This document shows, piece after piece, positions 8,995 through 18,514 of a stretch of 63,640 nt of DNA (position 1 is the first letter of the stretch; the number at the start of each line of letters is the position of its first letter). This DNA is from Candidatus Limnocylindrales bacterium (GTDB lineage: Bacteria; Chloroflexota; Limnocylindria; Limnocylindrales; CSP1-4). The notes below the pieces were generated by a model. That model ran no database searches and had not been told where the DNA came from. It worked only from the letters and a program-made list of their open reading frames with translations. Location of the stretch: assembly GCA_038237595.1 (NCBI GenBank), contig JBBRYO010000001.1, positions 1 through 63,640 of the forward strand. The letters are read 5' to 3'. A program made the translations under genes and the position numbers.

Positions 8995-10095
8995 TCAGGA
9001 CGCGACCCAGGTCTCGCCGCTGAACAGCAGCTTGCGCAGGTCTCCGGCGCCCTGGCGCTTGATGGCGTCGTCGATCTGGCCCTTGACCAGCTGGTCGTGG
9101 GTCGGACGGTCCAGGCGGCGCAACACGCCGACCGGCACCGGGAACTCCGGGAAGGACAGCCGCGACAGCATGAAGGCGAGGTAGGGATCCTCGGCCTCCT
9201 CGTCGTGGACGAGCAGGTCCTTCTCCGTTACGCCCTTGCCGAGTTGCACGACCTGGGGGTGGAGGCCGTTCAGCCGGATGCCCTTGTCGCGATCCTTGCC
9301 GAAGATCATCGGCTCACCATGTCGCAGGACCAGCATGCGGTCCTCGCGGACCTCGCGGTCGGTGAAGTCGCGCCACGCACCGTCGTTGAAGATGTTGCAG
9401 TTCTGGAGGACCTCGACGAAGGCCGAGCCGTGATGGCGGCCGGCTCGCTCGAGCGTCTCCTGGAGGTGCTCGGTGTGGGTGTCGACGGAGCGGGCCACGA
9501 AGGTCGCCTCGGCGGCGAGGGCGATCGAGAGCGGCATCACCGGCTGATCGACCGTCCCGGCCGGCGTCGACTTGGTCTTCTTGCCGAACTCGGACGTGGG
9601 CGAGGCCTGACCCTTGGTCAAGCCGTAGATGCGGTTGTTGAACATGATCAGTTTGATGTCGACGTTGCGCCGCATCGAGTGCATCACGTGGTTGCCGCCG
9701 ATCGAGAGGGCGTCGCCGTCTCCGGTGATGACCCACACCATGAGGTCGGGTCGCGCCGCCTTGAGGCCCGTGGCCAGCGTCGGCGCGCGGCCGTGGATCG
9801 TGTGGAAGCCGTACGTGTTCATGTAGTACGGCAGGCGGCCCGAGCAGCCGATGCCGGAGATGAAGACGATGTTCTCCTTGGCGTAGCCGAAGTCGGGCAT
9901 CACCTTCTGGGTCTGCGCCAGGATCGAGTAGTCGCCGCAGCCGGGGCACCAGCGCACTTCCTGGTCGGAGACGAAGTCCTTGCGGGTGAGCTGCGGGAGC
10001 TCCTTCGTGCCGGGGGCGGCCGCGATCTCTGAAGCGGCGGCGTTTCCCGGCTCGACGGCCGCGCCGCCGTCCTGGTGTTCGGTTGCCTCGGTCAT
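8995..10095 (-). CDS. korB: 2-oxoacid:ferredoxin oxidoreductase, beta (TPP-binding) subunit
   Basis: Internal ATG of ORF 8995..10596 (residue 168, MTEATEHQ) forms an ATGA overlap with the korA stop. RWCPGCGDYSIL and GDGDALSIGGNH are TPP-binding motifs. The upstream part of the ORF is Arg/Pro-rich nonsense. Confidence 0.9.
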   Translation of the reverse strand: MTEATEHQDGGAAVEPGNAAASEIAAAPGTKELPQLTRKDFVSDQEVRWCPGCGDYSILAQTQKVMPDFGYAKENIVFISGIGCSGRLPYYMNTYGFHTIHGRAPTLATGLKAARPDLMVWVITGDGDALSIGGNHVMHSMRRNVDIKLIMFNNRIYGLTKGQASPTSEFGKKTKSTPAGTVDQPVMPLSIALAAEATFVARSVDTHTEHLQETLERAGRHHGSAFVEVLQNCNIFNDGAWRDFTDREVREDRMLVLRHGEPMIFGKDRDKGIRLNGLHPQVVQLGKGVTEKDLLVHDEEAEDPYLAFMLSRLSFPEFPVPVGVLRRLDRPTHDQLVKGQIDDAIKRQGAGDLRKLLFSGETWVAS

Positions 10096-11963
10096 CGTTT
10101 CCTCGCGTTCTCTGTGAGGATGAGTCGCGCGGCTTCTTCGATTTCGGAGATGCGAAAGGGCTTGCCGCGCACGCGGTTGAGGCCCACCACGTCGATCAGG
10201 TAACGGGCACGCATGAGCAGGCGCAGCTGTCCCAGGTTGACCTCGGGGAGCAGCACCTTCTTGAAGCTGGTGAGCACGTCGCCGGTATTGCGCGGGAACG
10301 GGTTCAGGTGGCGCATGTGCGCGTGGGAGACGCTCTGCCCCTCTGCCTGGAGCCGCTCGACGGCGCTCCGGATCGCGCCGTAGGTGGACCCCCAGCCGAG
10401 GATCAGCAACTCGCCGCGCGGCGGCCCGTAGACCTGGAGATCCGGGATGTCGTCGGCGATGCCGGCCACCTTCTGGGCCCGCAGCGTCTGCATGCGGTGA
10501 TGGTTCTCGGGGTCGTAGCTGACGTTGCCGGTGATGTCGGCCTTCTCGAGACCACCGATGCGGTGCTCCAAGCCTGGCGTGCCGGGCACGGCCCACGGCC
10601 GGGCAAGCGTTGCCGGGTCGCGGTTGTACGGATGGAAGGTCTCCTTGACCGTCCAGTTTTCGACCGCGATGTTGGGCAGGTCATCGATGTCCGGGATCTT
10701 CCACGGCTCAGCGCCGGTGGCCAGAAACGCGTCGGACATGTAGGCGACCGGCGTCATGTACTTGAGCGCGATGCGCCACGCCTCGATCGCGTAGTCGAAG
10801 CATTCGCCCGGGGTGGCCGGAGCCACGATCGGGATGGGCGAGTCGCTGTTGCGGCCGAACATGAGCTGGAGCAGGTCGGCCTGCTCGGTCTTGGTCGGCA
10901 TCCCGGTGCTGGGGCCGGCGCGCTGCACGTCGACAACGACGATCGGGAGCTCGACCATGACGGCGAGGCCCATGGCCTCGGTCTTGAGGGCGATGCCCGG
11001 GCCGGAGCTGGCGGTCATGCCCATCGCGCCGCCGTACGAAGCCCCGATGGCGGACCCGATGGCAGCGATCTCGTCCTCGGCCTGGAAGGTCTTGACGCCG
11101 AAGTTCTTGTAGCCCGACAGCTGGTGGAGGATGTCGCTCGCGGGCGTGATCGGGTAGCTGCCGTAGAACAGGTCGCGCCTCGCGAGCCTGGCCGCGGTCA
11201 CGAAGCCGAGCGCCGTCGCCTCGTTGCCGGTGATGTTGCGGTAGGTGCCGGGCGGCAGGTGAGCCGGCTTGACCCGGTAATGAGTGTGGAAGATCTCGGT
11301 CGTCTCGCCAAATGCGTAGCCGGCCTTGAGCGCGCGCGCGTTCGCCTGCGCGAAGACGGGCTTGCCGCCGAACTTGTCCTCGATCCACCTGAGCGTGGGA
11401 TCCATGCTCCGCTCGTAAAGCCAGAACATGATTCCCAGGGCGAAGAAGTTCTTGGTCAGGTCGACCTGCTTGTTGGTCATGTCGAGGCCTTCGAGCGCCC
11501 GCGCATTGAGGGTGCTGATCGGGATCTCGAAGACCGTGAACTGCTTCAGCGAGCCGTCCGTCAGCGGGCTTGCCGCGTACCCGGCCTTGGTCAGGTTCTG
11601 GGTGGTGAACGCATCCTGGTTTACGATCAGCGCGCCGCCCGCCGGAAGGTCGCTGATGTTCGTCTTGAGCGCGGCCGGGTTCATGGCCACCAGCACGTCG
11701 GGCTGGTCACCTGGCGTGTAGATCTCCTCGGACGAGAAGCTGATCTGGAAGCCGCTGACGCCGGGCAGCGAGCCAGCCGGGGCGCGGATCTCGGCGGGAT
11801 AGTCCGGCATCGTGCTGACGTCGTTGCCGAAGGCGGCCGCGGTGCGGGTGAACTGCGTTCCCGTGAGCTGCATCCCGTCGCCGGAATCGCCGCAGAAGCG
11901 GATGGTGACGCGCTCTAGCTCCAGTACTGCGCCCTCGTGGGCGGGGATGATTTCGGTTGTCAC
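10092..11963 (-). CDS. korA: 2-oxoacid:ferredoxin oxidoreductase, alpha subunit
   Basis: 642-aa ORF with FCGDSGDGMQLTG near the N-terminus and the typical KorA body. Start chosen at GTG 11963, 10 nt behind AAGGAG; TTG 12020 is the ORF-track alternative. Confidence 0.9.
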   Translation of the reverse strand: MTTEIIPAHEGAVLELERVTIRFCGDSGDGMQLTGTQFTRTAAAFGNDVSTMPDYPAEIRAPAGSLPGVSGFQISFSSEEIYTPGDQPDVLVAMNPAALKTNISDLPAGGALIVNQDAFTTQNLTKAGYAASPLTDGSLKQFTVFEIPISTLNARALEGLDMTNKQVDLTKNFFALGIMFWLYERSMDPTLRWIEDKFGGKPVFAQANARALKAGYAFGETTEIFHTHYRVKPAHLPPGTYRNITGNEATALGFVTAARLARRDLFYGSYPITPASDILHQLSGYKNFGVKTFQAEDEIAAIGSAIGASYGGAMGMTASSGPGIALKTEAMGLAVMVELPIVVVDVQRAGPSTGMPTKTEQADLLQLMFGRNSDSPIPIVAPATPGECFDYAIEAWRIALKYMTPVAYMSDAFLATGAEPWKIPDIDDLPNIAVENWTVKETFHPYNRDPATLARPWAVPGTPGLEHRIGGLEKADITGNVSYDPENHHRMQTLRAQKVAGIADDIPDLQVYGPPRGELLILGWGSTYGAIRSAVERLQAEGQSVSHAHMRHLNPFPRNTGDVLTSFKKVLLPEVNLGQLRLLMRARYLIDVVGLNRVRGKPFRISEIEEAARLILTENARKR

Positions 11964-12305
11964 CGGGCTGGCGGCTCCTTGGTTCGACGGCGGAGGGGTG
12001 GGGAATCGGCGGTTTTGCAAGCCGTCGCTAAAGACGGGACCGGGATTCTACGCCTCGCGCTGGACGGCGCAGGTTTGTACGTTCGCAACCGGCCGGTCAG
12101 ATCGCCTCGGATCGTTCGCCAGCAGCTCGGTGGTGTGCGTTCGAGCGACTGGCGGCCGATTCGGGCCCGAGCCGGTGGCCGGCGCGGGTCGCCGCCCGAG
12201 TCGGGCCGCCGGAGCGGGTCGTCGGCCGAGTCGGGCGGCAAGCGTGCGTCGTCGGCCGCTTTCGGCCGCTGGGTCCGCGCGAGTGCCCGCCCTTTGGGCC
12301 GCTCG

Positions 12306-13155
12306 CTACTCCCGACGGGCGAGGCTGGCCGGCCAGGCGACATCGCAGAAGGGGTCGGCCGCGGTCACCTTCTCGTGCTCGACGAAGTAGACCTCCCGCG
12401 GCGAGCCGATGGGCTCCATGCCCTGCTTGTCCATGAAGGCGTGGACCGCGTCATACGCCTCGAGGATGCCCTGGGAAGACGCACTGCTCGAGCGTGATAG
12501 TGGTGAAGGCTTCGTGATGCGCGGGCTCGATGCGGATCCGCGTTCCCTCCGGCGCCTCGAGCTCGCCATCGAATGGCAGGCAGACCTCGACCGGCCCATC
12601 TGAGTCGGCGCTCACGACGCCGTGATAGATCGCGAAGCCGGGCGCGCTGGTCCTGGCAGACGTCCCCTCGAGTGCCGTCGGCAGGGCAGACATGGCCTCT
12701 ATGAGGAAGCCCTGCAGCTCGGGTTGCCGGACGTTTCGACTGATGGTCAGGACCCGCTGCTCGGGTACCTGCCGCGTGTGGACCTGGTACATGGTGTCTC
12801 CTCGGCCCTCGAGATAGCGCTCGAGATACGCGACGAGCCGTCGCTTGACCTCCATCGACCCTTCGACCTCGCGCCAGAAGCGGCCGATCTCGTCGACCTG
12901 CTCGGGCGCGGGGAGCTCGAGCACCTGGGCGATCCGCTCCAGCGGCATGTCCAGGCGGCGGAGCAGCCCGATCAATCGTGCTCGTTCGAGCTGGTCCTCC
13001 CGGTAGTACCGGTACGAGGTCCATTCGTCGACCGAGGCGGGCCGAAGGAGCTCCAGCGCGTCGTACAGCCGGAGCGCCTTCAGGCTCAACCGCGATCGCC
13101 GCGCGAAGGCGCCGATCGTCATGAGCTGAACCGTGCCGGTGGTGGTCTGGCTCAT
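12306..13155 (-). pseudogene. MerR-family transcriptional regulator with C-terminal GyrI-like effector domain, broken by one extra base at 12469-12471
   Basis: ORF 12451..13164 has the MerR HTH (MTIGAFARRSRLSLKALRLYD) and most of a GyrI-like domain. ORF 12306..12599 carries the rest (GILEAYDAVHAFMDKQGMEPIGSPREVYF). Deleting one C from the CCC run joins them as ...LEQCVFPGILEAYDAV.... Confidence 0.8.
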
Positions 13156-13189
13156 CGCGTTCACCCTGGGCCCTGCCCCTTGGGGAGAG

Positions 13190-14031
13190 TCAAGCCTCGT
13201 TCTTGCGGTTCGCCGGGGCGAACGACGCGCACAGCATGCCGTAGTAGGTGGGTGCCTCGTACGAGAGCAGGTCCGCCTGCCATCCGGAGCCGAGTGCCCC
13301 GTGGAGCATCAGCAGCTGCCACCAGCTGTCGGGCTTGGCGTCCTCGAGCAACCGGTCAGGGACATCGAGCAGTCTGTCGAGCTCGTTGGTCTCGATAGCG
13401 TCCATGACCAGGCGGTCGAACGTCTTCGCGACCGGGTGGCCGCCATGTGGGCCGGCGGAGTCGTGCGTGTGGCTGTGATCTGCGCTGGCGATGAGCGCGA
13501 TCCGTCGCTCCGACCTGGCCGCGACTTCCCCGATCGCCTGACCGGCCGTCACGTGCATGGCCGCGTCAAGGTCCCTGGCCGGCGCAACGACCACGACCGG
13601 AAGCGGCGGCTCCCAGCGGCCGCCGAGGTACCACAGTGGGATGAGGGTGCCCCAGTCCATGGGCATCACGGCTTCCTCCGCGGCGTTCCCGCCATAGCTG
13701 ACGCCAACCGCTGGGATCGGCGCGCTGCGCAGCGCTTCGAGGACCGAGCCTGCGAAGGGACGATCGACCTGGCAGTCGAGGGCGACAGGCTCGGGCGCTT
13801 CGGGGAGGTTTCCGGCGATCCGGCTGGACACGATGACGGCCATTGCACCCGTCACGTGGATGTTGTGCGGGGTCAGGACGATCACGAGGTCGGGACGGGC
13901 CGCCTTCGCTCGGCGTTTAGCTCGCGCATGCCGGCCTGCGTGCCAGCGGCAAGATCACGCTGCTCCGGGGCGCACGCCTCGGGGATCGCGAGATCGCCGT
14001 GCGGTGCGATGGCGGCGAAGACGAGGGGCAT
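13190..14031 (-). pseudogene. LigB-family (class III extradiol dioxygenase subunit B-like) protein, N-terminus displaced by a frameshift
   Basis: ORF 13190..13885 starts abruptly at IVLTPHNIHV. A 49-codon ORF at 13882..14031 (ATG 14031, MPLVFAAIAPHGDLAIPEAC...) supplies the expected N-terminus in another frame. The main frame is open upstream as ...AKRRAKAARPDLVIV. Confidence 0.7.
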
Positions 14032-14090
14032 CCGCGTCCGGTTCGGTCAGGGTCGGGGTGCTGGTCGCAGGGCGGACTTCCGGTCGCGGC

Positions 14091-14498
14091 TCAGCCGCCG
14101 TCCGCCTCGGTCATGACCTGGTGGGGCCGCGGGGGCAGGTTCAGGATCTCCTGCGGAAACGCCTCCGCGACGAATTCCAGGATGTCCTGCTGTCGCAGCA
14201 CGCCCTCGATGTGGCCGTCGGCATCCTGGAGCGGGATGTTGCGATAGCCGCCGCGCTCCATCAGCTGGAGTGCCTCGACCACGGTCGACTCAGAGGTGAG
14301 GGTGTCGGGATCGCGGGTCATGTAGCCGTCGACAAGCGCATCCGGGTCGACGCCGCGTGCCAGCACCTTGAGCAGGATGTCGCGCTCGGTGAGGATTCCG
14401 ACCAGGCGGTCCCCGTTGCAGACCAGCAGGCAGTCACCCTTGTTGGCCTGGATGGCGGAGATGGCGTCGCCGATCGATGTGCCGGACTGGACCAGCAC
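14091..14498 (-). CDS. CBS-pair domain protein
   Basis: Two CBS motifs (DCLLVCNGDRLVGILTERD; YRNIPLQDADGHIEGVLRQQD). The frame stays open and CBS-like upstream to about 14630 without ATG/GTG/TTG, so the true start is uncertain. Confidence 0.75.
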   Translation of the reverse strand: MLVQSGTSIGDAISAIQANKGDCLLVCNGDRLVGILTERDILLKVLARGVDPDALVDGYMTRDPDTLTSESTVVEALQLMERGGYRNIPLQDADGHIEGVLRQQDILEFVAEAFPQEILNLPPRPHQVMTEADGG

Positions 14499-14652
14499 CG
14501 GGTCGTGGTGGCCGAGCGCCTTGAGCTTCTCTGTACGGAGCTCCCGCTTGGTCAGGTGCTCGGTGGTCTCGTCGGCGCTCTTGATGACCGTGGCTCGATC
14601 CTCCTCGGAGTGGCTTCGTCGTCAGTCTAGTACCCGCGGCGCGGGCGATCGC

Positions 14653-15075
14653 TCAACGAGGCAGGGCGAGCTGCCGCTCGAATTCATCGACGGCGTCCTT
14701 GGCGTCCTTGAGGCCGGATCCGTACTCCTCCCGGTAGCGCTTGATGGCAGCGATCTTGTTGCCCGCCAGGAGCTGCGCGAGGACTTGGGGCGACATGCCG
14801 GGGATGGAGGTGCCCGACGCTGCCGAAGGATCGGACGACGTCGGGTAGGAGCGCGGCGGCGCTCGCATGGGTTGCAGCTGATCCACCTGGCCGCGCAAGC
14901 CAAGAGCGCCTCCTGCGATGTCGACACGCCGCACAAACGGGGCGACCAGGAGCAGCCCCAGGTCGAGCACGAGTAGTCCGAAGTCCCGATCAGCAATTGC
15001 GATCCAGGCAATCCCCACGGCGAGAAGAACGGCGATCACCAGCGCGACTCGATTGACCTGGCTCGAAACGATCAC
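14653..15075 (-). CDS. Membrane-anchored protein with a ribosomal L7/L12 C-terminal-like domain
   Basis: 140 aa. Two hydrophobic helices (VALVIAVLLAVGIAWIAI; GLLVLDLGLLLVAPF), a Pro/Ser linker, then LLAGNKIAAIKRYREEYGSGLKDAKDAVDEF. This closely matches the L7/L12 motif K-x-AVIKxxRxxTGLGLKEAKDLV. Confidence 0.65.
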   Translation of the reverse strand: MIVSSQVNRVALVIAVLLAVGIAWIAIADRDFGLLVLDLGLLLVAPFVRRVDIAGGALGLRGQVDQLQPMRAPPRSYPTSSDPSAASGTSIPGMSPQVLAQLLAGNKIAAIKRYREEYGSGLKDAKDAVDEFERQLALPR

Positions 15076-15099
15076 ATCACCCTCCTGCCGCAGGCGACG

Positions 15100-18000
15100 T
15101 CATGGCCGGCGCCCTGATTCACGCGCGGCGGCGAGGCGCCGGTCGATGAGTTTCACAGAGGCGGAAGCCTCGCCATATGCCAGGGCGATGGCGCGGGCCT
15201 TCGCGCCCAACGCGTCGCCCTCCTCAATGCGATCGCGCTGGAGCAGGAACTCGGCGAACGCGAGGTAGATCTCGGACCGCTCGACCTCGTATTCGGTCTT
15301 GTCCATCACTTCGATTGCGTCGCGGAGGAGCGCTTCAGCTTCCTCATCCAGCTTCTGTGCTGCTCGAACACGACCAAGGACCATCCGTGTCGAAGCGACC
15401 GTCGCCCAGTCGTCGGGAACGGCGATCTCGACTCCCCGGAGAGCATGCACCTCCGCCTCCACGAGGTCCCCACTCTCCAGCAGCGCGAACGCAAGCTCGC
15501 GCTCGGCTTCCGGCAGGTATCCCCCGTGCCCGATCTCATCGAACAGGGCCGCCGCTCGCCGGAGCATTGCAACACCCTCGTCGAGCACTCCATCCCCGAC
15601 AAGTCCAGTGCCGATGTTCATCGACACCATCGCAATGCCTTCTCGGTCGCCGATGTCCTCGTAGAGAGCCAGGGACTCCCTCAATACCGGCATCGCCTCG
15701 GCGTTCGAGGTGGTCTTTGCGACGTAGTTGCCGAAGCTGTTGCCGACCTGCGCGCGGGCACTTCGGCTGCCGGACCGCTGCGCGAGCGACAGCGCCGCTT
15801 CGTACAGCTGACCGGCGTCCACGAGACGGGCCTGGTTCCGCCTGACTGCTGCGAGCCGGGCCACGGCGATCGCTTCGCGGCCCGGGTCTCCAAGCTCGCT
15901 GGCCGTCGCCCTGGCTCGCTCCCACCCGTCGTAGGCCTCTACGAGATTCCCGCGCCACCACCCGACGTAGCCATACAGGTACTCGGCATCGAACTGGTAC
16001 CGCCGGTCGCCTGCCGCTGCCAATAGCTCGAGGCTTCGATCGAGCTGCTCGCGGGCCGACTCCACCCCCTCGCCTCCATGAGTCGAAACCCAGAGACCCG
16101 CGGCGGTGGCGAGGCGTGCTCTGCCCTCGAGCTCGTGCCGACCCGCCTCCCGAGCGTCGGTTGCAAGTTGCGTCGCCAACTGCTGCGTGCCGAGGATGTC
16201 GTTCTGGCGAAAGCGCGCATCGATCAGGCGCCATCGGAGATCGAGCGACTGACTCTGGTCTCCGCCGGGCAGGTCGAGTGCTCGAAGGGCAAACGATTCC
16301 TGGGCTCTGAAATCTTCGCGCTCCGCTGCTCGATCACAGCTGGCCGTCAGTGCCGCAACCGCCTGCTGCCAGAGCGCAGCATCGACGCGCCCGTGTACCT
16401 CTGAGCTGAGACTGACCGCCTGCTCGAGGTGGTATGCGCGGATGTCGGCGACCTCGTCCGTCCGTCCCGCTCCGCAACTGTCAAGCCACTTGGCGACGCG
16501 CGCGTGGAGATCCGCGCGGCGTGACTTCGGCAAAGACGCATAGGCGACATCCCGGATGAGGATGTGCTTGAACCGATAGCTCGGCTCCAGGACCGGCTCT
16601 TCGGTGACGAGGTCGCGGAGCACGGCGTCCTCGAGGCGCGGCTCGATAGGCTCACCGTCGTCGACCAGCGTCGCTACGGCGGACGTCTCGAAGATCCGCC
16701 CGACCACGGACGCGACCTGGAGGAGCGCCCGCTCCGGCCGCGGCAGCGTATCGAGCCGCGCGCGGATGATGGCTTCGACGGATTCCGGCACGGCCACATC
16801 GTGCGCATCGGGCGACGACACCCATCGTCCGTCTTGCTGGACCACGATCCCGCGATCGATGAGCATCCGGACCACCTCCTCGACGAAGAGCGGGTTCCCC
16901 TCCGCGCGATCCAGCACCCGATCTCTCAGCGCCTTCGGGAGCCCATCGATGTCGAGGAGGGCAGAGAGCAGCGTCGATGCGTGCGCCTGGTCGAGCGGTT
17001 CGAGGGCGATCCGGCTGGACTCAAGCCGACCGGAGCCCCAGGTCGACCGCCGGTCGAGCAGCTCAGGCCGGGACGTGCACAGAAGAAGCAGAGGCACGCT
17101 TCGCACCCACGTCGCCAGGTACTCGATCAGATCGAGCAGTGCTGGCTCGCCCCAGTGGATGTCCTCGAAGACCAGGACGAGCGGCCGTTCTGCCGCCAGC
17201 GTCTCGATGAAGCGACGGAAGCCCCAGGCGATCTCGCGCTCGACGCCTTGTGCACCCGTCGGCGGCTCGGACAACAGGCCGATGGCGAAACCGACGCGTT
17301 CCGCGACACCGGCCTCGCCCACGACCGCCGCAATGGCCGTCACGGCGTCGTCAACCGCCATGTCCGCCGTGACGCCCGCGATCTCTCTCACGATCTCGGC
17401 CATCGGCCAGTAGGTGATCCCTTCGCCGTAGGGCAGGCAACGCCCTCGAACGATGCGTGTGCCGCCGCCCTCGGCACCTACTGAGAACTCCCGTACGAGC
17501 CGGCTCTTCCCGATGCCCGGCACGCCGATGATGGTGAAGAGGATTGTCTTCCGCTCGGTGACCGCCCGGCGGTGCGCGCCCACCAGCATGCCGAGCTCGT
17601 CGTCGCGTCCGGTCAGCGGTGCGCGCAGCCCCGGGACTCCCCGTGCACCGCCTGGCTCGAGGCCCGCCTCGATGGCGCGCCAGGCCGCGATCGTCGCGTC
17701 CCGCCCGCGAAGCGCCCGTTCGCCGATCGGCTCGTACCCGATGGCGGTGCGCGTCGCAAGGTATGCGTCGTTGCCGACGATGACCTCGCCCGGCTCTGCC
17801 GCCTGCTCGAGTCGGGCAGCAACGTTGAGGACGTCCCCGGTCGCCATCGTCGCCCCCCCGAATGGGTCGCCGACGACAACCTCGCCCGACTCGACGCCGA
17901 TCCGGACCTCGACAGAAATGCCGTGCCGTTCGCGCGCGTCGGCGGCGAGCGAGGCGATCCCATCGCGGATGAACAGGCCGGCGCGGACTGCCCGCTCGGC

Positions 18001-18306
18001 GTCGTCCTCGTGCGACACCGTCAGGCCGAAGAGCGCAAGCACGGAATCACCAGCGAACTTCTCCACGCTTCCGCCGTTGCGGCGGACGATCTCGCTCGCC
18101 AGCTCGAAGAACTGGCCGACGACGCTGCGCATGACCTCGGGATCGAGTCGCTCGCCAAGCCCGCTTGACCCCACGAGGTCCACGAACAGCGCCGTCACGT
18201 GGCGACGTTCCTCGACTCCGACTCGGCTGAGGAGGCTGGCGCCGCAGTTCGCGCAGAAACGTGCATCTGCGGCGTTCTCGCGCCCACAGGCGGAACAGGC
18301 GCTCAT
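15100..18306 (-). CDS. Zinc-ribbon - class III adenylate/guanylate cyclase - STAND NTPase - TPR multidomain protein
   Basis: Start at ATG 18306 (residue 105 of ORF 15100..18618). MSACSACGRENAADARFCANCG is the zinc ribbon and ALFVDLVGSSGL...RIGVESGEV the cyclase. Walker A GVPGIGKSRLV, Walker B LVLVFEDIHW, then a long TPR-like C-terminus. No HTH. Confidence 0.85.
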   Translation of the reverse strand: MSACSACGRENAADARFCANCGASLLSRVGVEERRHVTALFVDLVGSSGLGERLDPEVMRSVVGQFFELASEIVRRNGGSVEKFAGDSVLALFGLTVSHEDDAERAVRAGLFIRDGIASLAADARERHGISVEVRIGVESGEVVVGDPFGGATMATGDVLNVAARLEQAAEPGEVIVGNDAYLATRTAIGYEPIGERALRGRDATIAAWRAIEAGLEPGGARGVPGLRAPLTGRDDELGMLVGAHRRAVTERKTILFTIIGVPGIGKSRLVREFSVGAEGGGTRIVRGRCLPYGEGITYWPMAEIVREIAGVTADMAVDDAVTAIAAVVGEAGVAERVGFAIGLLSEPPTGAQGVEREIAWGFRRFIETLAAERPLVLVFEDIHWGEPALLDLIEYLATWVRSVPLLLLCTSRPELLDRRSTWGSGRLESSRIALEPLDQAHASTLLSALLDIDGLPKALRDRVLDRAEGNPLFVEEVVRMLIDRGIVVQQDGRWVSSPDAHDVAVPESVEAIIRARLDTLPRPERALLQVASVVGRIFETSAVATLVDDGEPIEPRLEDAVLRDLVTEEPVLEPSYRFKHILIRDVAYASLPKSRRADLHARVAKWLDSCGAGRTDEVADIRAYHLEQAVSLSSEVHGRVDAALWQQAVAALTASCDRAAEREDFRAQESFALRALDLPGGDQSQSLDLRWRLIDARFRQNDILGTQQLATQLATDAREAGRHELEGRARLATAAGLWVSTHGGEGVESAREQLDRSLELLAAAGDRRYQFDAEYLYGYVGWWRGNLVEAYDGWERARATASELGDPGREAIAVARLAAVRRNQARLVDAGQLYEAALSLAQRSGSRSARAQVGNSFGNYVAKTTSNAEAMPVLRESLALYEDIGDREGIAMVSMNIGTGLVGDGVLDEGVAMLRRAAALFDEIGHGGYLPEAERELAFALLESGDLVEAEVHALRGVEIAVPDDWATVASTRMVLGRVRAAQKLDEEAEALLRDAIEVMDKTEYEVERSEIYLAFAEFLLQRDRIEEGDALGAKARAIALAYGEASASVKLIDRRLAAARESGRRP

Positions 18307-18514
18307 TGCACGCCAGCGATCGGCGATCTTCCGTGTTCGTGGTGCATCTGGGCTATCAGCAGATCGATCGCAGCCACCCCCTCGGCGCATCGTACGCGGC
18401 CGGGTGTGGGGGCATGCGCGCCCGAGACGCGAAGAGGCGGAGCGAAACGTGCCGGCATGGCGCGGGGGCAGGGTCGGACGCGCCCGGCGTTGCCACCCCT
18501 GTACGATCGGGCGT

